IMG/VR virus record: IMGVR_UViG_3300026484_000402
Location: 16,341 to 80,340 of that record
DNA from: a virus
Direction: 5' to 3' (one strand)
DNA length: 64,000 bases
Shown: in pieces, positions 41,186-51,646 of the stretch
Position numbering within the stretch: the stretch's first letter is position 1
Layout: every line of letters starts with the position of its first letter
The notes under the pieces: generated by a model
The model's database searches: none
Seen by the model: the letters and a program-made list of their open reading frames with translations, nothing else
Told to the model about the DNA's origin: nothing
Made by a program: the position numbers and the translations under genes

Positions 41186-41384
41186 TATTTTGTAGCAATC
41201 TTACGTTAAAAGCTTCAACTGTTTTAAATCTTTCAAAATTTCTTACTTCAGCTGTAGAAACAATAAAATCATCCATAAACTTAGGACAATTTTTTGCACT
41301 AACATTATAAAAATAATTTTTTTGCTGCGATATTCTTTCTAATTTTTCAGTTGTAAGCTTACCAGATATTATAGCATTTTTCAT
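41160..41384 (-). CDS. Hypothetical protein
   Basis: 74 aa; TAATG coupling. Confidence 0.55.
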   Translation of the reverse strand: MKNAIISGKLTTEKLERISQQKNYFYNVSAKNCPKFMDDFIVSTAEVRNFERFKTVEAFNVRLLQNIGTFYKGE

Positions 41385-44300
41385 TATGTTTCCTTAATAT
41401 AATTTGTTAAAACTAAATTATTTTTATCATTATATATTAATTTTAAATCAGTACCATTTAAAGTTACATTACAATTTTTACCTAAAGCCTGTTCAATATT
41501 AGCCTCAAAATCATATTTAGATAAATCTATATCTAAAACATCTCCCTCTGTTATATCGTTCATTACACCAATACTACATAAAAACATATGAAATAATTCA
41601 TAAGGCAATATATCTGTTGCAGTGTCATCATTCATAAAAATAGTTCCAATACATCCATTAAAATAATCTTGATAATCAGAAGATGCAATATTATTTCGTT
41701 TTATTGATTCATATATTCTAATAAATAAATTGATTAAGGCACTTTCAGATGAGTAAATATTATTAGTAGGTCCCAATAATGCCGCAAAATCCCAAGGGTC
41801 TACTCCATTAAATCTATCGTAAAGTATCTTAATTTGAGAAACCGAATCTTGTACACCTATAATATTATCTTTATCTTTGATAAAAAACGTTTTAATCAAA
41901 GCATTCCATACTGTGTCTTTATACTTTAAAGATACCCCGCTTGTACATCTGTTAGACAAGAAACCACCTAAAGTAGCAAAATATCCGTTTCTTACAACAT
42001 CTATAAGCAGCATATCATCATAAATTGATATAGTTTCTATAATTTTATGTTTAGAAGTTGCTAGAGGCAGCACTACCTCTTTGCTTCCACTGTCATATTT
42101 AAGTGTTGCTTTAATAGCTGCTGGCAGTATTCTTAATGTAAGAGCTTTTTCATTGATGGACATATTTTTATATTCTTGCGTTGTTATTTTATTCAAGTCT
42201 AAATCGAGAGTTTTATTTATCTCTGTTTTATATTGTCTTATGTAAAGAGTTGAAAAACTAACCACGGCTTCTTCCGGAGTTCCATCTAGCCCATAATCCA
42301 TAGCTGGGGCAGATTCTGGAGTGTCTAATTCCAAGACCACATCCCTAAAAGTATCACTATATAAATGAATTATTACATCGTTGAGGTCAAAGAAAAACAC
42401 TTCCAATAATACAGTAATTTGTTCAAGCATATTAGGTGCATTTTGCGCAAGAAATAAATCCATCAAAGCATGTTTTAAAACATATTCATCTATTTGTATC
42501 TCATTATTATTGTTGTCTAATAGTGTGTCATTTTTAAATAATTTAATTAATTCAGGTTTTTTAGATAAATCATTTAATGTTATTTTTCCATAAGTTTTAA
42601 AATTGAACTCTTTAACATTTAACATGCCATAATAAGGTTTAAATACTTCTTTTAAATCTGTTTCTTTAAACACATATGGCCCTATATTATTTATGTTTTG
42701 TTTAGTTAATAAATCATGGAGTGTATATATGTTTTCTTCTTGCATATAATTGCTAAACGTATTTTGCATTGTTGAATAATGTGTATCACTCATACCTAAA
42801 AACGTTTTTTGAACATCATCTAAAGATATCTCATCAAAATATTTTAATTGTATAGATGGAATAAATTGATTCTTTGGCGCAGTAAATATACCGTATTTTT
42901 CTACAATTGAAGCATTTTGAAAATAAAAATCTGCATCTATAACGCTATCATATATAGAAATGTATTCTAATTTTTTTTGCAATAACAAATTTTTATTAAT
43001 AAGAGTAAGATTTATTATTTCATCAACACTTTCATATAGGGTTGATATATCATCATCGTCTTTTGAATAATATTTATAATTTTCTTTATCAAATTTTAGT
43101 CTAACATCGGAAATGGCGTTTGATGTAAAAATAATTCCTGTATTCATTATATCTTCAGATTCTTTTAGGCTAATAGGCGAATTTAAAGTATTAATACTAT
43201 TTTGTGGTTTGTATAATTTTAAATTAGTTCCCTGAAAAGCATAATTTCTTACATCATATTTAACTAAAGCGTTTCTGCTTACAGGTTCTACATAATCTTG
43301 TTCTCCACTAGTTGAAATAGTGTGTTCTGTGTAATCTTTTAATGTAAGTAAAATTTTATTTGAACTATTTGTAGCTGTTCCCAATGTTCCTGCATTTATT
43401 AATTCTACAAATTTAGAAGCTAAAGCTACTTCATTGTTTACATCAGGATTATTTTCATTGGTAGTATCAATAGTGTATTGAGTGTCATCTACTTTTATAT
43501 AATAAACATATCCTCTTCTAAATTTAACAACTTCTATACTCCCACTTTGATGTTTACCATCAGCATAAGATTGTATTTTACTTATATTAAATAAATCTGT
43601 AGGGGCACCTGTTACTGTTAAATCTGTTTTTTCAGAAGTTAAAATCAATTTACTGTCTGTTTGCTCTAAGGTAAAATCCATTTCGTAAGGATAATCATCG
43701 TCTACAGTATATGATGAATTAACTAATTCTACCTTTATAGGACTAGATGAATTATTAACCGCATCCAATATTTCACCTATCGTAGGGAATATTGTATCTG
43801 AACCATCTGAAGCATACACTACTTCTAAAGTGTAGTTTTCTTCATCCCAGTTTACCTCCAGGTCATGTTCGCTTGAGTTGTCTTCAGTAAGGGATACATT
43901 TATAGTTAACCCTGTTTCAGTTGTAGGATAATACCACGCAAGTTTTACCTCATTATCATCGTCTATTGGAGCAGCAGAATAATAACCTGCTTCGGTAGCA
44001 TAACTTACTCCGTCTATTCCTTCAGTAATATTGCTTCCAAGTGTATCAGCAACTATATCGGGAGTATCGTCTGTTGTTGGAGTATAAGAATAAGCAGTTC
44101 CGTTTACATCTAAAGTATTTGTTTGTTCAGGAAGTAAATATTTCACATATATTTCAACTATTGCGTTTTGTGCATCTTGTGCTGCCTGGGTTTCTGTAAA
44201 ATTACTTATTTTACATCCGCTACCAGTAATTTCAGAATCAGTAAGATTTAGTTTGATTTCTTTAAAAGTCGAATTATCTAGAAATAATCCGTCTAGATTA

Positions 44301-44878
44301 TTTAATGTTAAAAACATATAATCTATAGATTCATCTTTATGATAAAAAACATCTTTAAAAGCTTTTACATTTAAGATTGAATTGTCCTCAAACTTAACAT
44401 ATGATACAGTTCCCGAAGTTACCGTTAATGTTTCAGTGGCTTTTGATAAAGTATTTATTTTTTCTTGTTGTATTATTTCTCTAACACTTAAAGCATTAGT
44501 GTTAAAACTATTTTTCTCTTGAATTTTATCCCAGGTTTTACTTTTTTTTAGAAAATTAACTTCAAGAAAATCGTAAAAATCTGAATATTTCTTAATAGAA
44601 TCATCCTCTGAAACCAAATTATTACATTTGATTTTAAAAACATCAGATTGCAATTCATATTCAACTCCCAGCAAGTCACCAGATATTTGTTTTAAATACC
44701 CATCTATATTGTTAGTAAATACTTTATTCAAAGTCACTCCTAATAAATTATTTTTTATATTGTTTTCATTTGTTAGCAATGTAAAAATTTTATCATATTG
44801 ATTAACGGCATCAGAAAGAGCTAATTTTAGCTCATCTAGAGTATAATTGCCGCTTAAAAGTAATTCAACGTTAGTCAT
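41384..44878 (-). CDS. Large virion structural protein (1164 aa)
   Basis: Acidic Thr-rich beta-sandwich-like central inserts; structural cluster context. Confidence 0.55.
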   Translation of the reverse strand: MTNVELLLSGNYTLDELKLALSDAVNQYDKIFTLLTNENNIKNNLLGVTLNKVFTNNIDGYLKQISGDLLGVEYELQSDVFKIKCNNLVSEDDSIKKYSDFYDFLEVNFLKKSKTWDKIQEKNSFNTNALSVREIIQQEKINTLSKATETLTVTSGTVSYVKFEDNSILNVKAFKDVFYHKDESIDYMFLTLNNLDGLFLDNSTFKEIKLNLTDSEITGSGCKISNFTETQAAQDAQNAIVEIYVKYLLPEQTNTLDVNGTAYSYTPTTDDTPDIVADTLGSNITEGIDGVSYATEAGYYSAAPIDDDNEVKLAWYYPTTETGLTINVSLTEDNSSEHDLEVNWDEENYTLEVVYASDGSDTIFPTIGEILDAVNNSSSPIKVELVNSSYTVDDDYPYEMDFTLEQTDSKLILTSEKTDLTVTGAPTDLFNISKIQSYADGKHQSGSIEVVKFRRGYVYYIKVDDTQYTIDTTNENNPDVNNEVALASKFVELINAGTLGTATNSSNKILLTLKDYTEHTISTSGEQDYVEPVSRNALVKYDVRNYAFQGTNLKLYKPQNSINTLNSPISLKESEDIMNTGIIFTSNAISDVRLKFDKENYKYYSKDDDDISTLYESVDEIINLTLINKNLLLQKKLEYISIYDSVIDADFYFQNASIVEKYGIFTAPKNQFIPSIQLKYFDEISLDDVQKTFLGMSDTHYSTMQNTFSNYMQEENIYTLHDLLTKQNINNIGPYVFKETDLKEVFKPYYGMLNVKEFNFKTYGKITLNDLSKKPELIKLFKNDTLLDNNNNEIQIDEYVLKHALMDLFLAQNAPNMLEQITVLLEVFFFDLNDVIIHLYSDTFRDVVLELDTPESAPAMDYGLDGTPEEAVVSFSTLYIRQYKTEINKTLDLDLNKITTQEYKNMSINEKALTLRILPAAIKATLKYDSGSKEVVLPLATSKHKIIETISIYDDMLLIDVVRNGYFATLGGFLSNRCTSGVSLKYKDTVWNALIKTFFIKDKDNIIGVQDSVSQIKILYDRFNGVDPWDFAALLGPTNNIYSSESALINLFIRIYESIKRNNIASSDYQDYFNGCIGTIFMNDDTATDILPYELFHMFLCSIGVMNDITEGDVLDIDLSKYDFEANIEQALGKNCNVTLNGTDLKLIYNDKNNLVLTNYIKET

Positions 44879-46613
44879 TAATATTACCTTCGAGTTGACT
44901 CAATCTGTTTTCAATTTCCTCAAATTTTACCTTATTGTTCTGATTTTGCGTTTTGAACTTATCTGCTAAGACAGTTAATGCATCTGAGATTGATTTAATA
45001 GCTTCTACATGCTTATTCATAGATTCAGCAACTTTAGTTTGCAATACAGCTGTATCTATATCTCTGTAAATTATTTCTTCAGGTAATAGCGACGTATCAA
45101 GCTCATCAGTAATTTCTGCTTCTAATAATTCGAAACTTGAAGCCCCTTTAATGTAAATTGCTAATTTACCAGTTTCAAAAGAAGGCTCTTCCACTGAGAG
45201 CATTTTTGTTTTTATTTCGATAAAATTTCCATTTATACTTTTAAACAATCTTAGACTTTTACCAAATGGAGTAAATGAAATTACAAGTTTATAAATATTA
45301 TTGTCAAAAGACAAGAATTCCTCAGGAATTACTGAAAATCCATCTACTAGAAAACTATTTTTAGGTTGTGCTTTAAAATTATAAGCGAGGTCTGCTCCAT
45401 TAGGATGTTTTACAATACAATACCCTTTAATATTGTTTGCCAAGACTTCAAACATAGTATCCTTTTCAGTCGATTCAACAATTACTGGTGTTTGTTCGCC
45501 AAGAGAATTTACCCCATAAACCACATCTGAAGTAACATTGTATGTTTGCACTCCAAATACTACATTAAAAATATCGTTTCTCGCCAATTCTGGATATTTT
45601 GCAAAAGATTGTTTATTGTTTACACTTTCTTGATAAGTTACTATATCCAAGGAAATGCCGCTATGTTTATTATCTCTATCTACAAAAAGATAATTTCCAT
45701 TTTCATCAACAAATGACCATACAGGATATTTTAATGAAAGCTCAATCTCTTCTTCATTGTAAATTTTAACCACCCCATTTAAAGAAACAATATAATATTT
45801 TCCATTGGCAAGTTGCGCATCTTGCACTTCATTTTCAGTATTAACTGTACCATCAATAAAGTTGAAAAAATACAAATTATTGTCAATATCTATTAATGTT
45901 AATGAATTTTTAAACGCTTTGATTGTTTTGTATGTTAGTGTGGTATCAACAGCAGAATAATCTCCATCTCCCCAAATTGAAATTTTGCCGTTTGCTTTTT
46001 TAATTATTATAAAATCGCTTCCTGCAAATATTTTTACCGGAGCATCTGTTGAACTATCATAATCATTTACAGTATCGGGAACTGATACATTATTACCAGC
46101 GCTTTTACCGTTTACAATTACTATGTTTTTATTTTCATCAGTGTTTTTATAGATATATGCAATAAACCCGTCTCCGGTTGCAACATCTATTACATTATCA
46201 GGCTGATTATCAATTTGCCCATTACTATTGTCACCATAAACATAAACATTACCGTTAATTAACGCTACTTTATTAGTCGAACTCCCATCTAGTTTTAAAT
46301 TTTGGAAATCAATTTCATTAAAAGCGGTTTTTTCTTCTCCATCAACAATTAATTTTTTCTCACTGTTAATATAGATTTTTTCATCTCCATCAAACCAATA
46401 CGGTGCAGGTAATTCTGTTTCAACATAAGGGTCAGCTTTAAATAAAAAAACAACGCTTTTGTTTACAGATAAATCAAATGTATCATTTGAAACAATTCCT
46501 GTGTTATAGTCTTGATTTTTTACATTATTTAAATAGATTCCGCCATTTTCTGTTAATACAGCAGTAGCTCCTACTACAGAGAAATCACTATTGGTTAATT
46601 TTTGGGTCGCCAT
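44871..46613 (-). CDS. Tail fibre-like protein with RCC1/BLIP-II-like propeller repeats and a C-terminal coiled coil
   Basis: GNVYVYGDNSNGQ, IDVATGDGF, KIFAGSDF..NGKISIWG; IENRLSQLE. Confidence 0.65.
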   Translation of the reverse strand: MATQKLTNSDFSVVGATAVLTENGGIYLNNVKNQDYNTGIVSNDTFDLSVNKSVVFLFKADPYVETELPAPYWFDGDEKIYINSEKKLIVDGEEKTAFNEIDFQNLKLDGSSTNKVALINGNVYVYGDNSNGQIDNQPDNVIDVATGDGFIAYIYKNTDENKNIVIVNGKSAGNNVSVPDTVNDYDSSTDAPVKIFAGSDFIIIKKANGKISIWGDGDYSAVDTTLTYKTIKAFKNSLTLIDIDNNLYFFNFIDGTVNTENEVQDAQLANGKYYIVSLNGVVKIYNEEEIELSLKYPVWSFVDENGNYLFVDRDNKHSGISLDIVTYQESVNNKQSFAKYPELARNDIFNVVFGVQTYNVTSDVVYGVNSLGEQTPVIVESTEKDTMFEVLANNIKGYCIVKHPNGADLAYNFKAQPKNSFLVDGFSVIPEEFLSFDNNIYKLVISFTPFGKSLRLFKSINGNFIEIKTKMLSVEEPSFETGKLAIYIKGASSFELLEAEITDELDTSLLPEEIIYRDIDTAVLQTKVAESMNKHVEAIKSISDALTVLADKFKTQNQNNKVKFEEIENRLSQLEGNIND

Positions 46614-46625
46614 ATTTTTTCCTTA

Positions 46626-46955
46626 TTATTTATTTTTCCCAATCGCCTCTATAACTTTATTGGCTATTTTATCACCTAGCACATCTGCTATTTTTACTAA
46701 ATTTGCAATATCTGTATTTCCAGCTTCTTCAGCTACTTTTATTAAACCGTCAAGGGAATTAACTTTGTCTATTTCTGTAGCTATTTTTTCAATTGATTGA
46801 CTTACTTTATTTACAGTTTCAATTTCAAGATTTAAATCATCAAGTTCAACTGCTTTCTTTTCTGATGCTTCTTTTTGTAGGTTTACATCAGGTTTAGTCT
46901 CTTCTGATTTTACTTCTTCTTTTATGTTTTGGATAAATTCTTGAAAAGAATGCAT
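46626..46955 (-). CDS. Small acidic scaffold-like protein with 6 K-x-A motifs
   Basis: QKEAS, EKKAV, EKIAT, IKVAE, VKIAD, DKIAN in 109 aa. Confidence 0.55.
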   Translation of the reverse strand: MHSFQEFIQNIKEEVKSEETKPDVNLQKEASEKKAVELDDLNLEIETVNKVSQSIEKIATEIDKVNSLDGLIKVAEEAGNTDIANLVKIADVLGDKIANKVIEAIGKNK

Positions 46956-47028
46956 GACAAATCCTTTTTTTGTTAAATAATATCAAAAAATAAGGGTATT
47001 AGCAAGAAAAAAAGAAAGAAAGAAATCG

Positions 47029-48978
47029 TTAGAGATTTGAAAGATAATTGTATTTTCTGATTTTACCACCAAAAATAACATAAATATATTTATCTTCATT
47101 AACGGTTTCTACATTGATTACATCATTACCAAGCTGAATATCTTTTACATCTGTTACTGTTGTCACATTACCATCGGCGTCTTTATACCACAAAGTATTT
47201 GTTTTATCTAAAACAAACAGATGTTCATTTAAAGAAAGGGCTTTTACAATTCCGTTAGATACTGCTGATGATTTAACGTTGTTATCGTTATCTACAATCT
47301 TATAATCATCAAAAATATCTGAGTCTACCAATTCGCTATCTGTAATTTCTTTTACAGCATTGCTGTTTAATACAGCGATAATTTTATCTCCTACAGGAAA
47401 TACATTAGCAATATCTGTTATATTCGCTGTCGCTATAGTTGAAACTGATTTTGCATTGTATGCTGTTTCACCAAGAACTACAATTTTATCTTCAGCTTGA
47501 ACTAATGTTACAGTGTTGTATAGGATTACCAATTTGATTTTTTTAATATCAAATTTTTCCTCTGTATAATATTTGTTGTCTTTCAGTTTTCCATCTACAG
47601 TAACAATAACCATATGGTTTTTATTTGTTCCAGCATAACTTATATCAACATTTGACGCCATCGTAAAATACAAATACATATCACTATTGTTAAATTTAAT
47701 TTTTCTATCCATTGAAATAGCGCCAAATTTATCATCGTCAATATACATAGGGGCTACTACATATTCACCAAAGTCAATAGCATTTCCTGCAACACTAAAG
47801 GTGTCACTTGTTTCATCAGGGAATACAACGTCAAAATATTTTGCATTACCATTGTTATCTATAGCCACAATTCTCACTTTGTCATCATATTGCTGTCCAT
47901 ATACAATGTTTTTAAAAATAGAAACAGCATAATATGTTTTCATAAAGTCTTCATAAATAAGCTCCATTATAGAAGAATCTTTTACAAGGTTTAATAAATC
48001 AGGATTATTAACTAAAGATTCGAAATATTCTCTATAACTGTCTTCATATACAAATTGAGAAAATGTTAGATTTACATCAAGATGATAATATTGGCTAAGC
48101 AATAGACCTAGAAAAGCATCGTTATTAACAACTGCTTTATAAAGCTTGCTTTCTTTACCTGCTTTATTTACAACTTCAAATACACACAGAGCTTCTCTTA
48201 TTTCGTTATCACTGCTCATTTGGGCAATAAGTTCTTCACTGTCGGCTATAGTTGCTATATCTGATTCTCCAGAAAGAAACATTGCTCTACCAATTAAACC
48301 GAATGAACTATCAAGAGTAATATTTCTACTTGCATCTTCTGATAGTACAATAGAAAATGTAGTTGCTCTTGAGACCAGTTCTTCGAGAGTTGAAAATTTA
48401 TTATATGTTTCAAGCCCTGCTTCTTTTACTGCTATCTTAACATATGCAAGTTCAACATTTTTATAAGCATCCTGAACCTTGTTAGGATACGTGCTTTTTA
48501 CATACTCCCATAACTCATTATTTACTAGAAGATTATCCCAAAAAGTATCAACGTTATATAATGCCCTCTCAAAAAACAAATCATTTTGTTTGAATATTTC
48601 ATCTATTACATCTTGAGTAAAGAATATCTCATTAAAATGTGCATTCGTAAAAATGCTGTCTCCAAATTTTTTAATTGAGATTATATATAATTTTCCATTT
48701 ATTTCAACCTCAGTATCGCTTTTCTTGTCTACAGTAGTCCCCTCCGGTTGACTAGCTATAAAAGCATCCATCAAACTTTGTTGCAATTTCTTAATTACAT
48801 CTTCTGACATTTTAAATTCGAGCAATTGCTGTAACTTTTTTCTTAATACTGAAGAATCAACAAAATTCTTTAATTCTTCAACAGTTGAGTTTTCGTCATA
48901 TAAATTGTCTAATATAGACATATCAGGCAATTGATTTATTACATCATTATCTGTAATAGTTGTTGTAAAGTCTGCCAT
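47029..48978 (-). CDS. Virion protein: helical N-terminal half, beta-propeller-like C-terminal half
   Basis: 649 aa; starts MADFT like 55491-57692. Confidence 0.55.
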   Translation of the reverse strand: MADFTTTITDNDVINQLPDMSILDNLYDENSTVEELKNFVDSSVLRKKLQQLLEFKMSEDVIKKLQQSLMDAFIASQPEGTTVDKKSDTEVEINGKLYIISIKKFGDSIFTNAHFNEIFFTQDVIDEIFKQNDLFFERALYNVDTFWDNLLVNNELWEYVKSTYPNKVQDAYKNVELAYVKIAVKEAGLETYNKFSTLEELVSRATTFSIVLSEDASRNITLDSSFGLIGRAMFLSGESDIATIADSEELIAQMSSDNEIREALCVFEVVNKAGKESKLYKAVVNNDAFLGLLLSQYYHLDVNLTFSQFVYEDSYREYFESLVNNPDLLNLVKDSSIMELIYEDFMKTYYAVSIFKNIVYGQQYDDKVRIVAIDNNGNAKYFDVVFPDETSDTFSVAGNAIDFGEYVVAPMYIDDDKFGAISMDRKIKFNNSDMYLYFTMASNVDISYAGTNKNHMVIVTVDGKLKDNKYYTEEKFDIKKIKLVILYNTVTLVQAEDKIVVLGETAYNAKSVSTIATANITDIANVFPVGDKIIAVLNSNAVKEITDSELVDSDIFDDYKIVDNDNNVKSSAVSNGIVKALSLNEHLFVLDKTNTLWYKDADGNVTTVTDVKDIQLGNDVINVETVNEDKYIYVIFGGKIRKYNYLSNL

Positions 48979-49006
48979 TTTATCTCCTTTATATTATACA
49001 AATTGT

Positions 49007-49360
49007 TTATTCATTGTTTTGATTATCATTTATAGCTTTATCCCAATCGTTGTTCGGATTATATGAGCCATCAAGATTGTTGTCAGGGATTTGATGATAA
49101 AGACCTACTATGTCACAATCTATAGCTGCTGGCGACACTGCTCCAAAAGCATTAAATAAATTGTATTTCAATAAATCAATCTCTTGATTAATATTTATAA
49201 TTTGTTTTTTATCAGCTATATATTTTTTTTCACTATCGGGGGTCTCATAAATATAAGTCTCCCCTTTTCTAAGGTCTATAATCATGCAAGGATAAAGGAG
49301 AGAATCTCTCTCCAGTTCATAAATAGGCTCTACACCAGCCCCTATTAAATACATTTGCAT
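49007..49360 (-). CDS. Hypothetical protein
   Basis: 117 aa; AAGGAG RBS. Confidence 0.6.
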   Translation of the reverse strand: MQMYLIGAGVEPIYELERDSLLYPCMIIDLRKGETYIYETPDSEKKYIADKKQIININQEIDLLKYNLFNAFGAVSPAAIDCDIVGLYHQIPDNNLDGSYNPNNDWDKAINDNQNNE

Positions 49361-49370
49361 GGTTAACTCC

Positions 49371-49979
49371 TTATCCGACTACTTCAAAATCACTGTCGTC
49401 ACTTGTATTTATTGCTTGCTTAATTTCTTCAATTTTCCCATCAAGATAATTTGTGCTATCCTCTATCTTTGTGCCTAGGTCATCTGTCGTATACTGCACA
49501 ACTTCAACGAATGCCGCAAGATTTCTCAAATCGATAGAAGGATTGCTTATTACAACATTATATTTACCAGGGTTTGGGATGTTAACAGGAATTTTATATA
49601 TACCTGTGTTTCCAACTTGAGTTAATGTACTGTTATAAGCAATATCGGCAACCAATTCTTTTCTGACTTTAATTGTCCCGCTATCCACGCTCTCAATATA
49701 ATACATATTTCCATTTTCGTCTTTAAACACCATTCCATCGGTAAGCGTACTATCATCTGAAACTTTGATAGTTTTAGTTCCCTTAGGTGCTTCTTCAGCA
49801 ACTGTTGCTGTAGCTGGGCTATCAACAGCCTCTATTACTTCTGTTACACTTACATTAGTTTGTGATACGCTACCATCTGCAAGATTAATTGTTTTAACAT
49901 TAAAATTCTCTACACCAAAATATTTTTGTTTACTATTTATTGTTAATTCAAAATCTTGTCCTGCTTTTGCTAAAATCAT
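49371..49979 (-). CDS. Virion structural protein
   Basis: Beta-rich; GIYKIPVNIPNPGKYNV Ig-like strand pattern; C-terminal coiled coil. Confidence 0.55.
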   Translation of the reverse strand: MILAKAGQDFELTINSKQKYFGVENFNVKTINLADGSVSQTNVSVTEVIEAVDSPATATVAEEAPKGTKTIKVSDDSTLTDGMVFKDENGNMYYIESVDSGTIKVRKELVADIAYNSTLTQVGNTGIYKIPVNIPNPGKYNVVISNPSIDLRNLAAFVEVVQYTTDDLGTKIEDSTNYLDGKIEEIKQAINTSDDSDFEVVG

Positions 49980-50004
49980 TTGTACTCCTTATCTGTTTTT
50001 TATT

Positions 50005-50448
50005 TTATCCTGAAATTGTCCAACCATCGTCACTGTCTTCAATAACTGTGGTTGAACCAGTTCCAGTTCCTGTCTCTGTAATGTTATTATACACAGTAGT
50101 TGGAACAATGTCTATTATGTTCGATACAACTGATTTTATTAAAACGTTATAATTCCCTAAAGTTCTTGTAAATGGAGAGCCCTGGTCGTCACTATATAAA
50201 TTACCTTTTACTGTTAATGTATGATTAGCCTCATAGGGTCTTATCTTCCAACCGTTCATAAGAAAATAAGTTATTCCTAATTTAGTATCGCCTATAGGGT
50301 CTCCTCCAACATATCTCATTGCAAGAGGATATTTTAAATTTTGAGGGTTTGATAACCATACTTTCCAATTGTAATACATCTTTCTTACATCTATAAAATC
50401 TTCGCCATTATCCATAATGATTAATTTATTTTGTCCGTCAAACGTCAT
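50005..50448 (-). CDS. Virion structural protein
   Basis: MTFDGQNKLI..WKVW..GGDP..YFLMNGWKIRPYE..GNLY; context. Confidence 0.5.
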   Translation of the reverse strand: MTFDGQNKLIIMDNGEDFIDVRKMYYNWKVWLSNPQNLKYPLAMRYVGGDPIGDTKLGITYFLMNGWKIRPYEANHTLTVKGNLYSDDQGSPFTRTLGNYNVLIKSVVSNIIDIVPTTVYNNITETGTGTGSTTVIEDSDDGWTISG

Positions 50449-50458
50449 TTTATCTCCT

Positions 50459-51646
50459 TTAATGTATTCTTAGATTTTTAACGTATCCACAATCAGAACC
50501 ACTTGTATAACTAGAATCTTTAGTATATAAAAATTTAATATCAGCTGGTCCATTAATTTCATAAGAATAATGGTGCCAGCCAGTATATCCGCTTATTGCT
50601 ATTTTCTGAACGCCATTTATATAAAAACGCATACAATCATATCCATATTCAGAAGAAACATTCATATCAAATTCAATTTTTTTGATATAAGAAAAATGTC
50701 TATATATACCAGAACTTTGGTAGTCATCAATTGATGGGTCAGTATGAAAAGCACAACATTTATCCCAAATAGCTTTTTTTGTTCCAGCTTGTTTCCAATA
50801 AAAATCAAATTCTGTTTTTGTTTCCAAGAAAGAAAATATTAGCTGCTTACCATTATAATAATAATTATCTTTCTCTTTAACAAGAATATTTTTCCTAGTT
50901 AAAATATCTTTTATTTCATAAAAAAACATTTTATTTTTAATGTTGATTTCTGGTATTCGGATAAGAAAATCAAGAGGAGTTATCATATTTAAAATTTGTA
51001 AATAAGTCTTGCCTTTATGTTCAGGAAAATATAACCAAAATATTTCATCTAGCGTCATATTTTCATAATTTAAACTTTGAACATCAATTGCCCAAGGAGC
51101 CACATTTATTTTACTTGTATCAGTTGACACAATTATCTTTTTATCAGGATTTAACCCTTGTAAAACGGTTTCTTTATCAACGTTATTCATTTCATCAACA
51201 TTATTATAATCTTTTATAGTGTTTATTGCTTTTGTTTTAGCTAAAACACCAAACAACACACTTTCTTTATTTAAACACAAATCTTTTTCATCTATAAAGT
51301 CCAGAACTTTATCGTCTCCGTATTTTTTAACATTCTGCCAGAAATCTTTACTTTTAAACAATGGAATTAAATCTTGTTTATAATTCTCATATAAAAACTT
51401 TAACACCTTGTAAGAAAAAATATTTTTTAAGTTAACACAATTTGGATTATTTGCATTTGTTGTTTTATCTATAGGCCAATTTAGAACGGTGCCTACATTA
51501 GTTGATTGAGGTCTTAAATTAAACAAGGCATCTAAAATTTCAATTCTTGTTTCTTTATCATTTAATATGGAAATAATTTCATCTTCGCTTTTATTGTTGA
51601 GAATTTTAAGGGTTGAAATAATTTTTATTGTCTTATAATTATACAT
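50459..51646 (-). CDS. Protein with a C-terminal jelly-roll carbohydrate-binding-like domain
   Basis: VSSEYGYDCMRFYING..ISG..W..YTKDSS..GSD.GYV. Confidence 0.6.
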   Translation of the reverse strand: MYNYKTIKIISTLKILNNKSEDEIISILNDKETRIEILDALFNLRPQSTNVGTVLNWPIDKTTNANNPNCVNLKNIFSYKVLKFLYENYKQDLIPLFKSKDFWQNVKKYGDDKVLDFIDEKDLCLNKESVLFGVLAKTKAINTIKDYNNVDEMNNVDKETVLQGLNPDKKIIVSTDTSKINVAPWAIDVQSLNYENMTLDEIFWLYFPEHKGKTYLQILNMITPLDFLIRIPEINIKNKMFFYEIKDILTRKNILVKEKDNYYYNGKQLIFSFLETKTEFDFYWKQAGTKKAIWDKCCAFHTDPSIDDYQSSGIYRHFSYIKKIEFDMNVSSEYGYDCMRFYINGVQKIAISGYTGWHHYSYEINGPADIKFLYTKDSSYTSGSDCGYVKNLRIH